From positions 10,726,001 to 10,790,000 of the forward strand of contig OU015569.1 of assembly GCA_907165135.1 (NCBI GenBank): 64,000 nt of DNA, given 5' to 3'. Positions within the stretch are counted from its first letter, which is position 1, and every line of letters begins with the position of its first letter. The notes beneath the pieces are model-generated. The model was not told the DNA's origin. It saw only the letters and a list, made by a program, of their open reading frames with translations, and searched no databases. Below are positions 49,987 to 62,729 of this stretch, one piece after another. Both the position numbers and the translations under genes were made by a program. The DNA comes from Oikopleura dioica (taxonomy: Eukaryota; Animalia; Chordata).

Positions 49987-52900
49987 ATGAGCTCCGATGT
50001 GGAGCCAAAGTCGGGCATACCAGGTTTGTTATGGGCCAAACAAATCATAAAATCAATAGCTATTCATATATAAAAAAAATAAAAATTAAGCAGTTATGTC
50101 ACTATAAGAAGACTTTGATTCTGTTTTCGTGTCTTTAAAATAGTCTAGACTCGCTGCTCCGAACATTACGGGCGAATTCGGAGTCCCACTTCCGCCCGGC
50201 GCAAGAAGAGCTTGAGACTGGCTCCCTAAAACCTGATGGCGCCTGGAATTACAGAAGTCAGCGCTCGAAGCTTAGCCACCTTATCAAAGCTCCTCCTAGC
50301 CACAGTGGGCAGGTTGGCAGCCGCGACATTTCCTTCCTCCAAGACAAAGCAAACATGGACCACGGCTCTTCAGCGAATATCGACGATTCTATCATCCCAA
50401 AGAACTTCCATGTTATCAAAAGCAAACGTGTCATCGGACTTGATGCTAAATCCGGTCCCTACAGGTTAATTCAAATATAGATTCAAGCATAGAATTGATC
50501 AAAAATTAGAACAACTTTGGAAGATGGGCTCAACCGTCTTCGCGTGTTTCCTTCTCTTCAACCTAATCGGCGAGTAGACGCAATAATGCTCAACGAAGCA
50601 ATGGATAAAATGCTGGCCGAATTGACCACCAAGCCAAAGACAGCTGCTGGCGAAGGCAACCAGGGACATATTCACGACGTTCTTGACACGATCAAGAAGG
50701 AGCAGGATATTTACGACGTCGTTTTTTACGAAATCATTCGCCAGGTGACCGTCGATTGCAAAGAGCGTGGCCAACTCTTGTCAAAACTGAGGAGGGCCTA
50801 CTCTGATCTGCTTGGAAGGATTCCGGAATATGTCGGGGGAATTCACTCAGAGTGTAAGTAAAATTATCTTTCTCCCAACATTTTCATTTTGATAGTGATC
50901 GCTCAAAGAGTTTTGGACGGAAAACTGACATCGCAAATTCTCTTTTTCAAGAGCGAAATCGACCGACTCGGCAATGAACTCCAAATTGTCAAAGATCACG
51001 ACAAGTCGATCAGCGAAGAAGCGGAAACTAGTAAAAAAGAGCTTCAGTACGCGATGAGCGAATCGGCCAAGAGTGCTGCAGTTTTGGAGGAGTATCATCA
51101 GCTGTACGAATTGCAGAGAGAACGACTTCAGAAACATATAAAAAAGATTACGACGGAACGCGAGATCTGGAACACGGCTGCTTATTCACTGGCAATCAAA
51201 CTTGTCGATGAAAATGAGTTGTCTGTTGCGCGGAGAATTTACGTATCAGAACGAGCTTGGTCAAAACTCGCCCGGCACTTTGCCGTCTTTTTGGCAGAGC
51301 GAGATTCGAACGATTTGAATCTTCTGCAAATGGAGGTGCATAGATGGCGCGACACAGCTTCAAATTTGAAGAGATTGAGCCAAACGAAGAATAATAAGGC
51401 TCGTGAGCTTGCAAAAGAGCTTTTCCAAGAGCTCGCAAAAGTGATGGAAGAATTTAAGAAAAAGTTCATCTACATCGACTTTGCTGGTGGGCGTCGAGCA
51501 AAAGAGCCCGATCTAAACAGCGCAGATCAGCTGATCGAAGATTTTGAATTTGTTACCATCAAACTAGGCAAATTCATTCATACATTCGACAACTCCGATC
51601 CATTGGCAGGCAAGTGCGGGAAGTATCTCGAAGACATGGAGCAGCGGCTAAACAACTGGACAGACATCGCCGTTGAAATTTACTCTCGTCATCGATCGCC
51701 TACGGATCAGAAGCATGCACAGCACAATATCATGACAGACTTGAACGAAAAGATCATTCGATATCACCATCAAATGGTCGACAAAAACACAGGGCAGGAT
51801 TTTTCAATAAATAAAAACAATATTGACTGAAAGTATAATTTAATAAATCCGAAGCTGAGGTGAAAATGGCATTGTCCAGCGAGCATCAACGATCAACACC
51901 GGCTTGAATTTGTTGAAAGCTAAGATTGGACAGGAGTCGTTCAACGAAGAAGTTTGGCTTGACATTGTTGACACTGCAGATGGATTCATCGATGTCTTCT
52001 CTGACATCATCCAGTTTATTGGAAATCTTCGTGGCGCGGAAGAGCCTGCTGTTGAGGTCGACTCAATGGAGGCGTTCAATGATGTAACGAAATGGATGAG
52101 AACATCTGTGGATGGAATCGAAGCTGAAAACACCAAGATCACAGCATTGATAGATTCCCTTAGCAACGATCAACTGCTGTGGATGTCGTCTAGTCTGGTT
52201 AACTTGGTGCCTGACAGGTCTAACTGCACGCTGCTACGCGATATAAGCTGTCCAATTATGGTAAATCATTCTTTCTTTTGAGTGAGAACGGTCCATGTTC
52301 TTTTAAAGCTTAGGCACTTAGGCGAGAAGCACTTTAATTTTAACCAAAAGCGATACTACTTGTCTGAAAATGATATGTTAAGGCGACGCCTGAGACACTT
52401 GTAGCGGATCAACAGGAGCTATCCGATCGGTGTTTAGACTTGACAAGCTACTTGGAAAAGTGCGTCATCGGACTCGTGCTAGAAAACACGCGTATCAATA
52501 CCCAGCAACAACGTTTAAGGATTTGGATACTTATCTAATAAGCAGATTTCTGTCTTACAGTGAAGTACTCGAAATAGAGAAATGACTGAAATGGAGAGCG
52601 CCTTATCCGACGAACATTTAGATGGCAGCGATGCCGAAGGAGAATCCTTTCCAAAGCAGGAAGCTCCGCCTGTTCTCGATGATTTACCCGAGCCCGAAGT
52701 CCAAGAAGAAGAAGGGGATAATCTAGAACTCCAAATGAAAGCGTTTAAAGGTGCACTAGTTATTGTTTTCTATTCAAACTCTTATTCTAGAGGAGGCTAT
52801 CGAGTGGGAACGAGCTGCCGTCTTCCTTGCCGAAGCTTTGCAAACACTCATCGACGAGAAAAAGACAAAAGATCCGTCTTTGGTTCTCGAAGAAGGTACG

Positions 52901-53616
52901 TTTTGAAATTTTTTCTGATTCACAAGAAAACCAAGGAAAGTTGAACACAATCAACTACAATTTCGAAGAAGCGGAAGCTCATTTTGCGCGCAATCTCTAC
53001 ATTGTTTCCGGCAATGAAAACATCACTCTTCGGTAAGACTAATCGAAAATTGCCATTCGACTTAGTTCTCAGGGATGTGGATAGACCTGTTGGTACACAT
53101 GACGACGGCCTTTCCAATCCAAAGACAGAGGAATCAGACAACAAGCTCTCAGCACTCGGCTCAGTTGAAGTCCTCCAACAGGAATTAATGCTTTCCGAAG
53201 AACGAGCACTACGGGCGGAAGAAAAAGTGGAAGAACTTGAGGGAATTCTACTAGCTATTCGTCAAAAAGAAACTGAGGGTTTTTACTTTTTGTCTGATGA
53301 TAAGGTAACGAAATTTCAGAAAAACGAGAAGCCGAAAGAAGTCCGGAGGAGAAGAAAAAACGAGAACAAGAAGAAGCCAAGAAAGTGGAACCTCCGAAAG
53401 CGCCTCCCGTTTTGACTGCTCCTAGAATCGCTAAGCCGACAACAACAGCCTCAGAGGTAATAAAATGTTTCTGTTACTTATCAAAATATGATTTCAAAGC
53501 TCGTCGTGCCCACGAGTACTCAAAGGCCCCGATCGCCAGGAGGAGCCAACTCGCGGCCTAACTCTGCGAATCCAAAGAAGGGCCAACCAAAAAAACGAAC
53601 AACGACGAGAAAATGA
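49987..53616 (+). CDS. AXDND1: Axonemal dynein light chain domain-containing protein 1
   Basis: WNYRSQRSKLSHL…RDISFL, NRLRVFPSLQPNRRV, KEQDIYDVVFYEIIRQVTVDCKERGQLLSKLR, RIYVSERAWSKLARHF. Confidence 0.85.
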
Positions 53617-53909
53617 ACTCGTCGGATGACCTTTTCTTCAACATCTGTATTAATAAATTAAATTGCATGACTACGGCAGCGTTTGTCTTCAAAGTATCTA
53701 TCTAAGCAAAGAAATCAACAAGGATCAATCAAGTGGTATTTACTCACTGAAACAAGTAGCATTTTGAAATTTGAAACGGTTTATTGAAATTTAGAAAATG
53801 TTTTGAAGAATGTTACTGAAGGGAAAATTTAGAAGATGAATGAGAAATTAATGGTCAGTAAATTAGAAGTGTCTTTTTTTTAATTTTTTCCATGTTTTTT
53901 TTTTCTCAG

Positions 53910-54266
53910 CTATCTCAAAGAGTCCACTGGGGTCGGTATCGGTGTTCCGTGCACAGGACAAGTGCTCTGACCCGCTGCTGCGTTCATTGGCTGGATGGTT
54001 TTCATCTTCTTTCTATCCTCTTCTGTAGCTCTTTGTCTGGCACGGGTCATCTCGGCTATTCTAGCTTCTCCTCGTTGCTGTTCTCGTCTCTGTTTGAATT
54101 CGTCAAAAAAAGATGGATTGAAGATGAAGTCGCAAAGGACAAGTGGAAAAGCGAATCCAAGGACGACAGAAACCAATGTGATGAAAATGGAAAGACCAAG
54201 TCTGAAGCCTTCCGCAAATTCAGTTTGAATTGAAGGATAAGTCGATGTAGCAGGTATCATAAACAT
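53910..54266 (-). CDS. Small single-pass membrane protein (118 aa)
   Basis: Intronless ORF with one hydrophobic segment (LGLSIFITLVSVVLGFAFPLVL) followed by a charged helix. Confidence 0.55.
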   Translation of the reverse strand: MFMIPATSTYPSIQTEFAEGFRLGLSIFITLVSVVLGFAFPLVLCDFIFNPSFFDEFKQRREQQRGEARIAEMTRARQRATEEDRKKMKTIQPMNAAAGQSTCPVHGTPIPTPVDSLR

Positions 54267-54624
54267 CTCTCAAGCAAAATATCAGAAGCTTTCAAAAATG
54301 AGTTTTTTTAATAATGCGTGGAGTGGCGCATTTATATACGCCACAAATATCATTCATGAAAAATATCCATTCCATTGGAAAGAGCACGACCATAAACGAT
54401 CACGATTGAGAACTCCCAATACTAAAGTAAGTTATCGGCAATAACTAAACATTCAGCTTATCATGTTTATTCTCCTCATTCAAATGCTTCTCTGGGTTCC
54501 TTGATAAATAAGAAACGTTAAGAAGAAAAAGCCCTTCAAGATAATTTCAAGGTCTTTTGCGTAAAGCCGCGTTTGAACTTTCCTTTATTCAATAATGAAA
54601 ATATTGCAAGAGTTTTGGTGAAGA

Positions 54625-56315
54625 TTAAGTCGTTTCAAAGGCGATGTCTTTTCTTTTTCTTTCATTTTCTGATATGACAGTCGCTGCAGAAGTTGACGCG
54701 ATGATACCCACTTAAAATCGAGGCTAGATGAAAACAAATGCGAGCTAAGTTACCTTCTGTAATAGCAGCAGTGACGAGCGAAGCGGGTATAACATCTTGA
54801 ACGATATTGGCGAAGGTAATGTGTTCGTTGATAGGAAACTCGCGTATCTCGTTTTTAATGTCGAGCGCGTTGATTGCACAGCGGTCCTCGAACTTGTATG
54901 TTTCGCAGCAGACAAGTACCGGCACTAACAAGACGAATAAGTCATCATAAATCGTTAATTGTGATTAACCTTGGTCCTCGTTTGCCACGCAAGCGACAGT
55001 TCCGCAACCCTTTGCACCAACAACTGATCCATTGGCTAAAAGAGAGCGTGCTCCAATAATGACTACATCGGTCTGCTTCATCATATACGACAGGCCAGCA
55101 ATAGTTGAATACTTTGTTTGTATTCCAGCCTCTATAATTCCATTTAGCAATGAAATCTAATATATTATTTCTCTCACCAGTAAGACACTGAAGAACTCTC
55201 TTCCCACTGAAACTCGGCTCTGTGTCGACTACAATGACCTCAAACTTCCTCCCCAGTCTGCTTGCCTTCTCGAAAATGCGCACCATGTTCATCCCGTCGC
55301 CGAAAGTCAATACAGTAGAATTGTCAGTGATCAAGTTGAAAGTCTCGTTGGCGATTGTCGCCTCAGCCTCATCAACGCGCATTTTCCAGAAGAGCTGCAA
55401 CTCTTCGTGGAGAAACTCTTTGAACTCGGCCAAGTTCTTGTCGCGCGCCTGTCGAGAACGAGCGGCTTCCTTGACGATGTCTACTAGACAAGCCTCGCTG
55501 CGCGTCATCGGGTGGCACTTGGAGATGAAGTTGATGTTAGGATTCAACTCGGAGATGAAGTTCTGCTGAATAGAGACGCGATGATGTTGCTTCAACTCGT
55601 CGTTAAAGTTACGCCCGTCGAAGTCGTCGATGAATAATTCCAGGGCGCGCTTCAATTTCTCTGCCATCTCCCGTTCGTCGATTTTGGACAGATGAGCTGC
55701 CTTGAAACCGAGGCGAACGATGGCTCTGTGCAGCTGATTCGGCGCTATAAAACATGAAAAACTTAACTTTCTGTAGCAAAATCTCGATTCGTGATTTCTT
55801 AACCTCTAAATATTGTTTATAACGCCTCCTGTGTTGGATTTTTCGTAATGCCGCGGGAGAACATGTCTTTTCTGCCAAAACCCATCGTTTGAATTGTGTC
55901 TTTGATTCCTGCCGTGTTGCGCATGTAGGTAAACAGTGGCTCAGTAAGCTCAACCTGCGACTGTTGCGTCTTAGTCGTCTTCAAAAGTCGACGAGGGTCA
56001 ATGGACTGAGACTCGGAGATCTTACGCGTGCGGCCGGGGACTCCTTCTGCTTGGAGCGCTGCAACTTGAGGCACGGGTGATGCCGCCTGTAAATGAAATG
56101 AGCACAGTGGGTCGAGTTAAAAAGCTTTCCTTGGGGACAGGTGATGCCTGACGCACTGGCGCTTCTTCTTGCTTCTTTTTCATCGCTTCTTCTTTCTTCC
56201 GCATTGCCTCGGCCTTTTTCGCTTCGACGTCGACACCCTTGTCTCCAACAACTTTTGCTCGACGAGCCGCCTTTTCCAGCTTCTTCTTTTCTTTTGCACT
56301 CAATTCCTTCGTCAT
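54625..56315 (-). CDS. EIF2B4: Translation initiation factor eIF2B delta
   Basis: LSAKEKKKLE N-terminus, HRAIVRLGFK, VLTFG…FEVIVVDTEPSFSGK, VIIGARSLLANGSV…G, PVLVCCETYKF…, VTAAITEVG. Confidence 0.9.
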
Positions 56316-56644
56316 TTTCAGACTCTAAAAAGGATAAAGAAAGATTAGTTTTGTGTTTCGTGCGTCTGTTTATCCGTATTGAAAGCACATGGAAATGTGT
56401 ACGAGTATAATGATACTATCATAAAAATGACAGTATTACTGTTAAAATAAATGGGGCATGGTAAGTGTTTTTGGCAATTAACTTTTGTTCATCTTTTAAC
56501 TTAGATAATACCTAGATTTTTTTTATTTTATATTTCGTGAACTGTTTATCCTTAAAAAATAATGGTGTGCGCATGGTGGTAAATGAACTAGATATAAGCA
56601 TAACTTGTTCTTGAACTTTTGGAGCATCGATGAAAGAGATAGAT

Positions 56645-58226
56645 TCAGCAGTTTTTGTCAGGGGTGTTAGGCGTCAAAGGCAGCGGGTTTTGGGGGAATA
56701 TCAGCTTTTGAATGACTTTTTTCGGCTCTATCTCCGGACCATCTGCTTTAGTGTATGTCGAAGGTTTATTCGTAGCTACACTGGTATATTTGTAATTTTC
56801 AAGTTGTTCCAAAGTTGGCAGAGGTTTCGTCTGAGGCGCTGCAACTGGAACTTTTGACTTTCGTGAAAGCTCGTATTTCTTTGGGTATTGAGCTTTAATC
56901 GCTTCCTCGTTAATCTGTGGAGTTGGAAAAAACAGCTGATCCCCGGAGCCAGCTAAGTACCGAAGTTTAGCATGACGAGTAGACTCTGTAATTTGTGCCT
57001 GTTTTCGGGGATTAAATTGGGAATCAGGAACGATATTTTTATCTAATATTTTCACACGTTTGGTTCTATTATCAGCCACAACATTAACTTCTTGAATCGT
57101 TTTCCGCTTTGATTTAACAGTGATTGGTGGGCTTGCGATGCAAATGTTGAACGAGTCGCTTTCCGACTTGGGTTGCCAGCGGGGTGGAAGCTTGGGGTCC
57201 AGCTTTGGGTTGGGTGTCGACTTGGGCTGGATGCAAGTGAGCTTTCTTTTGGTCTTTTTTGATGAATAAATTGACTGAGCGATGGGAGATGGAAATAATG
57301 GGCTTTTCAAATCCCCACAGCTGATATTTTTTCCGTTGATGGGGGAAAGAGAGGGGATCTTCTTGACGGCTTTTCCATCGATAAGACTCGGCTTTGGCTG
57401 AATGTAAATGTGTCCAGGCATTTTCGCTAGTCTTTGAGGAGATAGATCGCAGAGCGTTTGACTATTGTGCGTGAGGATGAAGGATTTACTTGGTGTTATA
57501 AGAAGCTCTGCGTTCTTGTCGATAACTTGTTTTTTCGAGACTGGCAAGCTTGAATTAATAAATGTTTTGTCGTCACGTTTCGATTGGAAATTTTGCCCGG
57601 CGTAACCGACTTGCAGCTGAGCACTTCTGAGAAGCTCATCAACAACGTCCAAATTGCAGACGACGATTTCAAATGGCTCTGGCCTAAATTTGATTCATTA
57701 AAAATTTGCGTCTCCGAATCTGACCCTACCCTTTGCACGTGAAGTCCCAGATCAATTTCCAATCAGGCTCGAATATTGTCGATTCCGGACCTCTAGACAA
57801 AAGCAACATCCTCGACGTCGGAATTTCGCCGAAGCCCATATTTACAAATGCGTCGTTAATTCGATGCTTGAGGGAAATGACCAGCTCGTCTCTTCGATAA
57901 TCAACGCGGAATCTGAACAACGCATGATTGACCATTACGTTTTGCTCCATCAAAAGTCGTTCTATTCTTGTGCTTTTCAAGGGGGCCATTGGATAGACCA
58001 GTGTTTTTGTGAGACTTTCTATTCCAGATTGAATTTCGTCGATTTTCCTTCTTATATAACTTGATGGATCTTTCAAACTCTTCGCGAATATACCATTTCC
58101 TTTCTTTGCGTTTTCGAAATCCAGGTCGGTAACTGAGATTTGCTTCAATACATTCAAAAAACTGGAAACTATATCATTCTTCGCAGAGCTTTCTGCTGGC
58201 CTCTGGTTTGTCGACATCGCCGACAT
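56645..58226 (-). CDS. Hypothetical protein, about 500 aa, 2 exons (folded N-terminal half, Pro/Lys-rich tail)
   Basis: ORFs 57726-58226 and 56645-57652 join at TCKG|PEPFEIVVCNLDVVDELL through a short GT-AG intron. Confidence 0.7.
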
Positions 58227-58380
58227 TTATTCCGACTCCTGGACCAAGTATAGCTTTCCAATAAAGCTAAAGTGCCAGTTTTCAGCCCCGATTTTCTGAA
58301 TGATTAAGTGTTAAGAGCTTCGTGAATCTCTGATCTGAGATCTATCGCTTATCTGTGATACAAAAATAAATAAGTGCTAA

Positions 58381-60346
58381 TCAAGGCAGGTGAGAATGAT
58401 AAAGTTGGTACTCAAAATTGCTTTCGAACTTGGGTTCGAATGGAATTGAAATGATTTCTGTGAAGCCTTCGTTTCGTGCCGGAGCGACGAATTTCTTCCG
58501 ATGCGAGTAGAGAATCATGTCTTTTATGACGGCTCCGCCTGTTACTGCGCGATATCGACAGTTGTGCTATAATTTATCGTTAATAAAAGGAGCTGTGGAG
58601 AACACACCATAGCTAATTCAATTTCTACGTCGAATAAAACGGAAATTATGGCTTCCAAATTCTGTTCGTGCGCTAGTTTGAGATATCGCTGTCTACTTGC
58701 TACATCTGGATTCGTTGCATCAATCACTACGCTTTTCTTCGCCTGCAGTGCTTCCTTACAGAGCCTAAGACATTTATCCGTTGAGCCAACGTCGTCGCGA
58801 CAGAGAATTTCTATTTCTGGATGGCTTTTCTTCACCTGTTTAGCAAACGAGCTCTTTCCGCAGCCAGGATAGCCAGTAAAAATTACCAAGGACTGTTTTT
58901 CGCTGAGATGAGAATTTAGAATGTCTACATTCTTCTGAAACTTGGCCGAGTTGTCTTTAAGTTTCGCCGTGGCATGTTCTTTAATCTGGAATTCCTCCGC
59001 CGGCCTGTCGAGAAAGAACTCTTCAGGTGTTCGGAAATCTATTCCGCAATTGAGGGCGAAGAGTCGATCGGACGCTGAAAAGTCTTTTTTTCTTCCAGAT
59101 ATTTTATTCGCCGGGCGGCCGGCTGCATCGCCCACCATTACACAACTCCTTGGATCGAGACGAATGAACTCTTTCAGAAAGAAAAAGATGCCGGGTGATG
59201 GTTTTCGGAACATTCCACTGCCGCTGGCGACGCAAACTTCAAAGAGGAAGCCTAACTTGTCTTGTATTTGCGCTATCTTCTCCTGAAACTCTTCTTTCAA
59301 CGTTTTATCCGTCTCCATGCTCTTTTGGTTAGAAATAAAGATGATTCTCGCCCCGTTTTCATGTAGCTTTTTAAGCGTTTCGGGCACTTTCTTGTCCCAC
59401 CAAATCCAGTCGCTAGCGTTTTCGGGAAACTTTCCACCGGACTTTGGCTTGATAATCGTGTGGTCCATGTCAAAGAAAAAGACGCACGGGCTCGAGAAGC
59501 TGTCTTGATCCTCGGGGCAGAAATACATGAAGCCCTTTCCGACATCGTTCCAGCCTGTGAGTTCTACTGGAGAATCGTCTTTTCTCTCCTCTGTTCTGAC
59601 CCAATAGCCGGTCGAGATCTTCATTTTTTTCGCGGAAAAGCGAATTTCGTATTCAATCCCATTCACGGTGAATTTATCCTCGTTCTCTAGAAAAAGCGCT
59701 ATAACTGTTGAAAACGAAAAAAGTACCTAAATGAGTGATCTTTTCCTCTTCCTCTCCGTTCATAGTATACTTGGCGCCGCTCAGGGCTGCTGAATTCGGA
59801 GCGTTTGAGTTTACCCGCGATTTTTTCGGCGGAAGATCCGTTGGTTTTTCACGGAAAATCCGCAGTTTTTTTCACGTAAGATCCGCCGGTTTTCAGCGGA
59901 GAAAAGGGCACGGAGAATCGCGGATGATCCGCCGAAATTTCTGCTCAAAAGACGAAATTAAAGGGTGTTCCACTCTTTTGATTGGCTAGAAAAAAAGGGT
60001 AGCGGGTAATCGCGGGAAATCCGCGCGGCCGAGAAAATCGGACGATCGGAGGATCGGAGGACAGCGCGGAGAAACGGAGAAAATCAGCGGATTATCCGCC
60101 AAAAAAATCCCGGGTAAACGCAAATGCTCCGAATTCGGCAGCCCTGGCGCCGCTAAGTGGTGAAATCGTCGCCGCTTGAATTCGAGAAAAGCGCGAGTCT
60201 GAAGCTGAAAGACAGAATCTTCTGATCTCCTGATCTTCTTCGGGAACTTGAGTCATGATTTCGAAGCGCTCGTCCAGGACTATCTCGCATCCTTCTTTCA
60301 ACACAAAATAGAGCTTCCCTTCTTTGAGTATTTCAAAGCTCCACAT
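58381..60346 (-). CDS. PNKP: Bifunctional polynucleotide kinase 3'-phosphatase, first coding exon interrupted by a MITE
   Basis: HAD motif FDMDHT, KPKSGGKF…DW, ISNQ, FRKPSPG, MVGDAAGR…KKDFSASDRLFALN, Walker A GYPGCGKS, VIDATNPD…R. Confidence 0.92.
59782..60146. mobile_element. hAT-type non-autonomous MITE, 365 bp
   Basis: About 52-bp imperfect TIRs starting CAGGGCTG; perfect 8-bp TSD GCGCCGCT at 59774-59781 and 60147-60154; internal GCGGA/TCCGC repeats; no transposase. Confidence 0.93.
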
Positions 60347-60432
60347 TCTGAAAATCAAAAATCCTTGATAATAAGGGGGAACATGTAAATTTTCGAAATT
60401 TTGAAGACAAGGAAAAGTGAAGCGCTCTTTCT

Positions 60433-60648
60433 TCAGAGCTGCTCCGATTTGTAAAAGTCAGAAGTCAGGTAAATGACGACGCCGATAAAGTTAACTCCCG
60501 CCAGCGCCCAAATGAACTTCCTTCCGTGGCGGAGACCCTTGTCCCGTCGAGCCACAGGGTCAACGACTTCCACTGGCTTTAGGCGCACGCGTTTCCCGTC
60601 GATGATTTTCGTTCTCGCGGTATTCAAAATGCAGCGAGACAGGCGCAT
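60433..60648 (-). CDS. Small single-pass protein with mitochondrial-presequence-like N-terminus (71 aa)
   Basis: MRLSRCILNTARTK… then one TM segment (FIWALAGVNFIGVVIYL); lies between WDR83OS and PNKP on the same strand. Confidence 0.6.
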   Translation of the reverse strand: MRLSRCILNTARTKIIDGKRVRLKPVEVVDPVARRDKGLRHGRKFIWALAGVNFIGVVIYLTSDFYKSEQL

Positions 60649-60918
60649 CGGCCAAAATTCTTAAAATTGTCAGTTTAAATTCTTGGAGACAAGATTCTAG
60701 TCACTTGAAAATACAGTAATTACTGAAATTGGTTTAAAATCAAAATTGAATTTTGAAAAACTAAAAATACCGCGTTACACGAAAGTTTAAAGGAAGAAGG
60801 AAAGGGTTGAAGATTGCGATTGAAAGTTTCGATTTGAAACAATTAATTTGTCTAATGTTCTCTCTTTGAGTTGGACTGTTCTGAGTTCTGGACGGAAGTG
60901 AATGTGTTTCATTTTCGC

Positions 60919-61335
60919 TCATTTGGGAAGGCTCATCGGCGTCGGATTTTGAAGATAAGTCATCACCACCGCCGAGATCGAAAGCATCAGAGACGAGAGC
61001 ACTGATTCGCGATTATTTCTAGTCGAGAAACAAGAAAAAAACTGACCTTGACGAGCGTCTTCGGTCGATCTCGAGTTGGCGTAAGAAGTCATCGAGCAAA
61101 AAATCGCCGCCCAGGCGCACCACTTGATCTTCATCAACAAGCCGCACATGCTACACGAAGAAAAGCGTAAAGAAAGATCGAGGTAGAGCTTGTTCTACCT
61201 GAAGGCCATTGTGAGAAGATTGAGGTAATCAGGGAGCGGATCTGCTGCTTGCTGAGAAGCAGTAGTTGGAGCGACAAAGCGGAAAATGCGCTGTTGCCTT
61301 TTTGGGCTGACCCATTTGAAAACGTCTTCTACCAT
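60919..61335 (-). CDS. WDR83OS: PAT complex subunit Asterix
   Basis: [10 protein letters not shown]…F|[20 protein letters not shown]…ANSRSTED…[19 protein letters not shown] matches Asterix. Confidence 0.92.
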
Positions 61336-61884
61336 TCTAAGGACAAACTTTTGTGGCTTCGATCAAGAGGAACAACAACTAACAAGAAGTAATTTATTTT
61401 ATGTTGCAGAGTAATCAGCTGAATTTCTCCTTTTATCTCGAAGGAAAAGCTTGGGTCTTCATTTTATTATTTTTTCTTCAATAATTGCTAAGAAAAGCAT
61501 TAACTCTCTCTCTCGTCAAATTATATGGAGTGACCGTCATAAAATCTTGAGTCACAGCGCCAGTTATGACTAACAAACCCCCGAAATTTACAGATTTTGA
61601 TTTTAGATGGCAGAACTGATGGCAAGAGTTTTTTCTTAGCGAACCGAAGTAAACTTTTACAAAGTTATTTGTTGTTGCTATCAGTAAATCTCCGTAATGC
61701 AGGATCTTTCCGAAGACAAGTCGAGTGGACCAATAAGAGGCCAGTGGCGCGCGCTCCACCTACGCATTCTGATCATTTACACCAGAAGAAAGAAAAAAGG
61801 ATTCAGAACTGCCATTTCCTAGAGATTCCCTGTCCGTTTTTACTCTTCCTCAACGACTAACTGTGATTTATTTCAGAGCCTAAC

Positions 61885-62469
61885 ATGTCGACCGAGCGAA
61901 CCTTTATTGCCATCAAGCCCGACGGTGTCCAGCGAGGACTTGTCGGCAAGATCATCAAGGTAACGTTTCCATCCCTTCCCTCTTCTTCATTCTTTTCTCT
62001 AGCGATTCGAACAGCGAGGATTCAAGCTCGTCGCCATGAAGCTCTGCATGCCCGGCAAGGAGCACCTCGAGAAGCACTACGCTGATCTCTCCTCCAAGGT
62101 AACAAGAAAGCTTTCAGCGGGTGTTAACGAAATTATAGCCATTCTTCGCCGGTTTGGTCGAGTACATGAACTCCGGCCCAATCTGCGCCATGGTCTGGGA
62201 AGGCCTCAACGTCGTCAAGATGGGACGAATGATGCTTGGCGAGACCAATCCCCAGGCTTCCCTCCCTGGCTCCATCCGAGGAGACTACTCCATCCAGGTA
62301 AGCTTGAGCTCTTTCGTCCCTCAACTCATCCTCTAATTCCCAGGTCGGCCGAAACATCTGCCACGGTTCCGACGCCGTCGAGTCCGCCAACCACGAAATC
62401 GCCCTTTGGTTCAAGCCCGAGGAACTCATGTCCTACGACTCTTGCACCGCCAAGTGGATCTACGAATAA
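61885..62469 (+). CDS. NME1: Nucleoside diphosphate kinase (group I NME)
   Basis: [45 protein letters not shown]; 4 exons. Confidence 0.95.
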
Positions 62470-62729
62470 CTTCGCTCAGCAAAACTATTCATGTTAATCT
62501 AAACTAAAAGAGCCCGCTGCCAGCAAAAAAACTAGGAAAATACCAACAACTCCTGAACTCTAGTCCGACCTTTCTCTGTGCAATTCAGTTCGAAGCCTGT
62601 CCTTCTTTTTCGTTCACCTTGTTTTTTTCGCTTGTTTCCTAAAAGAATACAAAGACAAGAATCGTAAATTTTCAACCGAGTCTTCTATGTCTCCAGCCAT
62701 TTCCCGAAAGCAGGACGAAAGTTAGTAGA

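Noticed and set aside
61290-61335. Apparent frameshift after ATG GGT CAG in WDR83OS
   Set aside because: An upstream ATG at 61335 is in frame ([20 protein letters not shown]), so no frameshift is needed.
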